DNA of 64,000 nt from a virus. Its lineage: Duplodnaviria; Caudoviricetes. The notes under the pieces are model-generated. The model saw nothing but the letters and a program-made list of their open reading frames with translations, searched no databases and was not told where the DNA came from. Below are positions 61,254-64,000 of the stretch, piece by piece; within the stretch, counting starts at the first letter, position 1; every line of letters begins with the position of its first letter. The DNA is taken from IMG/VR virus record IMGVR_UViG_3300046167_000869, positions 1,045 to 65,044 of that record. One strand, 5' to 3'. The position numbers and the translations under genes are program-made.

Positions 61254-61670
61254 ATGAACCCTAAACCCTATAGAGGCCCCCGCAGCTCACCACGCTCAAA
61301 GAGCGGGCCACCTTCAGAGGCCGATATACAGAAGGAGTTAGCGAAGGCGCTTGATGAAGCCGGCCTGTTATGGACAGCGACCGCCAACGGAGGCAAGCGA
61401 GACAAGCGAACAGCTGCGAGCCTCAAGGCGCAAGGGCTCAAGCCCGGTGTTCCAGATGTGCTCATCTTCACTCCGCCACCTTCGGGGATCGGTTGCGGCA
61501 TGGCTATTGAACTCAAGCGCGACGCCGGACAAGGCAAACAGCGCGGGCGACTCTCTCCACATCAACGGATATGGCTAGAGGAGTTACGTACGCTAGGTTG
61601 GAGAGCTGAAGTAGCGTATGGTCTCGACCATGCACTTGAGATTTTGAGAGCGGCAGGCTACAAAATATGA
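61254..61670 (+). CDS. VRR-NUC domain nuclease
   Basis: SEADIQ, ANGG.R, GLKPGVPD, IELK and LSPHQ..W; AAGGAG RBS. Confidence 0.9.
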   Translation: MNPKPYRGPRSSPRSKSGPPSEADIQKELAKALDEAGLLWTATANGGKRDKRTAASLKAQGLKPGVPDVLIFTPPPSGIGCGMAIELKRDAGQGKQRGRLSPHQRIWLEELRTLGWRAEVAYGLDHALEILRAAGYKI

Positions 61671-62140
61671 TCATGACTATCGAACGAGTCTTAAATTTGA
61701 TCTGCCTCTTGAGCGTGGAGATGAGCGCGACTGAGAGCGGAGTCAACAGCCGCCGATATTATGCCCGTCACGCGCAGGCAGATCACGCCGTCTGTTTGCG
61801 CGTGGCGCGCCGAGCCCACCGACAGGGCCTAGATTCTTACGAAGCGGTCGCGGTCAGTCAGCACGAGACGCGGCATCGGGCACACCTCGTAGGATCGAGC
61901 GGCGAGAGAGGGCCTATGCAAGCGCTCCCTAAATATTGGAGCCGTAAGGGAGATAAGGACTACATCGACGCGGGCCTTAGAGCGTGGCGCTATTATCGCT
62001 CTCGGTCAGCTTCAACCAGAGAGGCCGCCGGTAAGTTTAACGGGGCGGGCCAGCGCTCAAAATATGCGCGCACCATTGCGCGCAATGTTCGTACCTTGAA
62101 GGATCAGACAGCATGGATATCACCACCCCCCCGAATGTGA
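61667..62140 (+). CDS. Lytic transglycosylase (SLT-like) with a hydrophobic N-terminus
   Basis: AVSQHET (catalytic Glu), GERGPMQ, IDAG and AAGKFNG. Confidence 0.72.
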   Translation: MIMTIERVLNLICLLSVEMSATESGVNSRRYYARHAQADHAVCLRVARRAHRQGLDSYEAVAVSQHETRHRAHLVGSSGERGPMQALPKYWSRKGDKDYIDAGLRAWRYYRSRSASTREAAGKFNGAGQRSKYARTIARNVRTLKDQTAWISPPPRM

Positions 62141-62727
62141 GTGAGTCACACTCGCTCTATGAGGATATCGTAAAAATCAAAGGTTGCACACGCGCGCACC
62201 GCGCGATATGGCAGCGGTTACTTGTCGGCCAATGGTATGAGGCCTTAGAGCTCGCGAGAGCGAACTCACTTGAGGGCGCCACGACCGCGCGCGGCTTAAC
62301 TCATCTCCTCTTGAGCGCCTATCGGGCGCGCAAGAATGGAGCGGCGCGCCTACAGCGGATCAGTGATCATATTGAGAACATGATCAGCGAAGCAGAGAAC
62401 GGGCTTAATATTAGAGAGGCGCTCTCTCCACTCGCGACGCAGTGGGGCCTTGAGCCGGTACCTGTGAGGGAACAGAGCCGACCTACGATGAAACAGAAGA
62501 AGACACACAGGTTGGAGCGAAATCAACTTGCGCGCGATGCCTCCTCACTCGCCTCACGCGTACACGCGCGAGAGGAGGCCGACGCGACGCCCCCCGCGCC
62601 GATACCTGCGCCCCGCGCTGAGCGCGTGATCATCGCGCCCGCGTCAGACCCGTATTACCGACATCAGGCGCTTAAAGATCTCGCTCAGGAGATCGCGCAG
62701 GAGATACCCCCCGCCGAGCTTACCTGA
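62113..62727 (+). CDS. Hypothetical protein (may be fused to the next ORF)
   Basis: 204-aa ORF; the next frame is open across its stop. Confidence 0.55.
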   Translation: MDITTPPNVSESHSLYEDIVKIKGCTRAHRAIWQRLLVGQWYEALELARANSLEGATTARGLTHLLLSAYRARKNGAARLQRISDHIENMISEAENGLNIREALSPLATQWGLEPVPVREQSRPTMKQKKTHRLERNQLARDASSLASRVHAREEADATPPAPIPAPRAERVIIAPASDPYYRHQALKDLAQEIAQEIPPAELT

Positions 62728-62803
62728 TCACCCGATAGGCCGACAGTTCACGGGCGTAGCACCGCCGGACACGCGCGCGGAATGGATCAGCTATATTGAT
62801 CAA

Positions 62804-63238
62804 GTGGCGCGAAGGTGGCCCGGCCCCCTAACCGCTCAGGACCTCGCGAAAATTACCGGCGCCCCTATGAAATGGACGCACAAACTTATACATGAGTGGA
62901 AGGCCCTGCTTGAGCGTGGGATCACAGAGGATCAGCGCCGCTCTATGGCACTCTCTATGGGAGCAGAGGCCGAGGCTATAGCGCGCGAGGCGCTCGCGTT
63001 AGTTCAGAGCTCAGGTGACGAGCGGATCAAAGCGGCCGGCCTCAAGCTCGCGCTCGACTCACTAGCGCGGCGACAATCGCTCATAGGCGCTGACAAGATA
63101 GCGCTAGAAGCGCGCGTAGAGGTTCAACAAGGAAGTTGGACAGAGCACGCCGCCGCCGCAGGTCTATCAGGTGACGAGCTACGCCAGATAGGAGACATCG
63201 CGAGCCGCGCGATCAGCCGAAAAGACGGAGACGAATAA
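62804..63238 (+). CDS. Terminase small subunit-like HTH protein
   Basis: TAQDLAKITG HTH, helical oligomerisation-like segment ALDSLARRQSLIG and LSGDELRQI tail. Confidence 0.5.
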   Translation: MARRWPGPLTAQDLAKITGAPMKWTHKLIHEWKALLERGITEDQRRSMALSMGAEAEAIAREALALVQSSGDERIKAAGLKLALDSLARRQSLIGADKIALEARVEVQQGSWTEHAAAAGLSGDELRQIGDIASRAISRKDGDE

Positions 63239-63685
63239 ACTTTTGAAAACCTAACATTCGATAACAAACAGTTATTGAAGGTTAGAAATCAGGGTTTATA
63301 TAAAATACATCGAGGCGCTCTAAGTGCCCTGTTCATCGACACTTTTAGAGAACGTTAGATAAAGCAAAGCCCCCATCTCACTCAGTATCCTGCAAGATCT
63401 GTGAGATAGAGGCTATCAAGCGCGCGAGGCACCAGCAGGTATTAAACTAACACACCGCCGCAGATCAGCGCAACTCGCGCCGCAGATCAGCGCGCCATAT
63501 CGCGAGCTCATCAGCCTCATGATCAGTGATCTCTTGATCAGGTTCATCATCAGACTCAGAGACAGGGAGCAGAGGAGAGAGCGAGAGCATCATAGAGCGG
63601 CCCTAGAGGAGCCCACGCGCGACCGCTCCACAGCAGAGAGAGCGCGGCTTCACACTCTAGGTCACCTGTGTTATCACGCGCATAA

Positions 63686-63976
63686 TCACCCCATCGACAC
63701 ATAACATGATCCCGCGCGCGGTAAGGTGTCGTTCCAGGTGATCCAGAGTCTCAGGTCGCACTCGAGGCGCGCGCTGAGCACAGACACACCGCGCTTGAGC
63801 GCGTGATTAAGCTCATCAGAGCGACGCAGATTGACCGAGAGATCACGCGCCCGCGCTACGAGATCAGCGGGTGACGCGAAGGGGTTTAGGCGTTGGCCGG
63901 TCATGACATAGACACCGAGCGCGAACGCGGCGCGCGCGTCACCATCACGAGAGAGACGCTCATGATAGACGCGCAC
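63686..63976 (-). CDS. Hypothetical protein (may begin beyond the window end)
   Basis: ORF with plausible composition only. Confidence 0.35.
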   Translation of the reverse strand: MRVYHERLSRDGDARAAFALGVYVMTGQRLNPFASPADLVARARDLSVNLRRSDELNHALKRGVSVLSARLECDLRLWITWNDTLPRAGSCYVSMG

Positions 63977-64000
63977 AGGCTCGGAGCTCCACGATAGAGA

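Larger units (their letters stand above)
1..64000. mobile_element. Tailed dsDNA bacteriophage (myovirus-type) genome segment, possibly near-complete
   Basis: Terminase, portal, protease, capsid, sheath, tube, baseplate J, phage-type replication and nucleotide genes are densely packed with overlapping start/stop codons. No host housekeeping genes. Confidence 0.97.

Noticed and set aside
1-64000. Numerous antisense ORFs in the six-frame track, plus integrase, tRNA or rRNA genes
   Set aside because: The antisense ORFs are shadows of GC-rich coding strands, and no integrase motifs or structural RNA genes were recognisable by eye.

Overview
The window is a large part, possibly nearly all, of a GC-rich dsDNA tailed phage genome with a contractile tail. 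Its head and tail genes resemble the SPO1/A511/K-type myovirus architecture. Gene order on the + strand: terminase large subunit; fibre/decoration cluster; spanin-like genes and a CHAP-type hydrolase; portal; very large putative head-packaged proteins interleaved with a class II ribonucleotide reductase and an SNF2 helicase; MuF, prohead protease, scaffold and major capsid protein; neck, sheath, tube, tape measure and baseplate; holin-like genes. A short leftward block follows (family A DNA polymerase, SSB-like, Cas4-like nuclease, DUF3310). A rightward block then carries primase-helicase, ThyX, a class III nucleotidyl cyclase with a 2-TM partner, dCMP deaminase, an iteron-rich inverted repeat (likely origin), VRR-NUC, SLT and a TerS-like gene. 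Many essential genes are split by single-base indels, most likely long-read errors. No tRNA, rRNA, CRISPR array, integrase or reverse transcriptase was seen. Best leads: (1) a family of putative capsid cargo proteins sharing an N-terminal domain, L-x-K|[A/S/G] maturation sites and DNA-identical linker cassettes, one carrying a DdrB-like ParB domain; (2) a cyclase plus membrane protein pair with Pycsar-like architecture; (3) a long hairpin that sequesters the nrdJ ribosome-binding site; (4) a chromosomal-type parS site near the putative origin; (5) four paralogous fibre-tip genes with a common anchor. All family assignments come from motif recognition by eye, not database searches.
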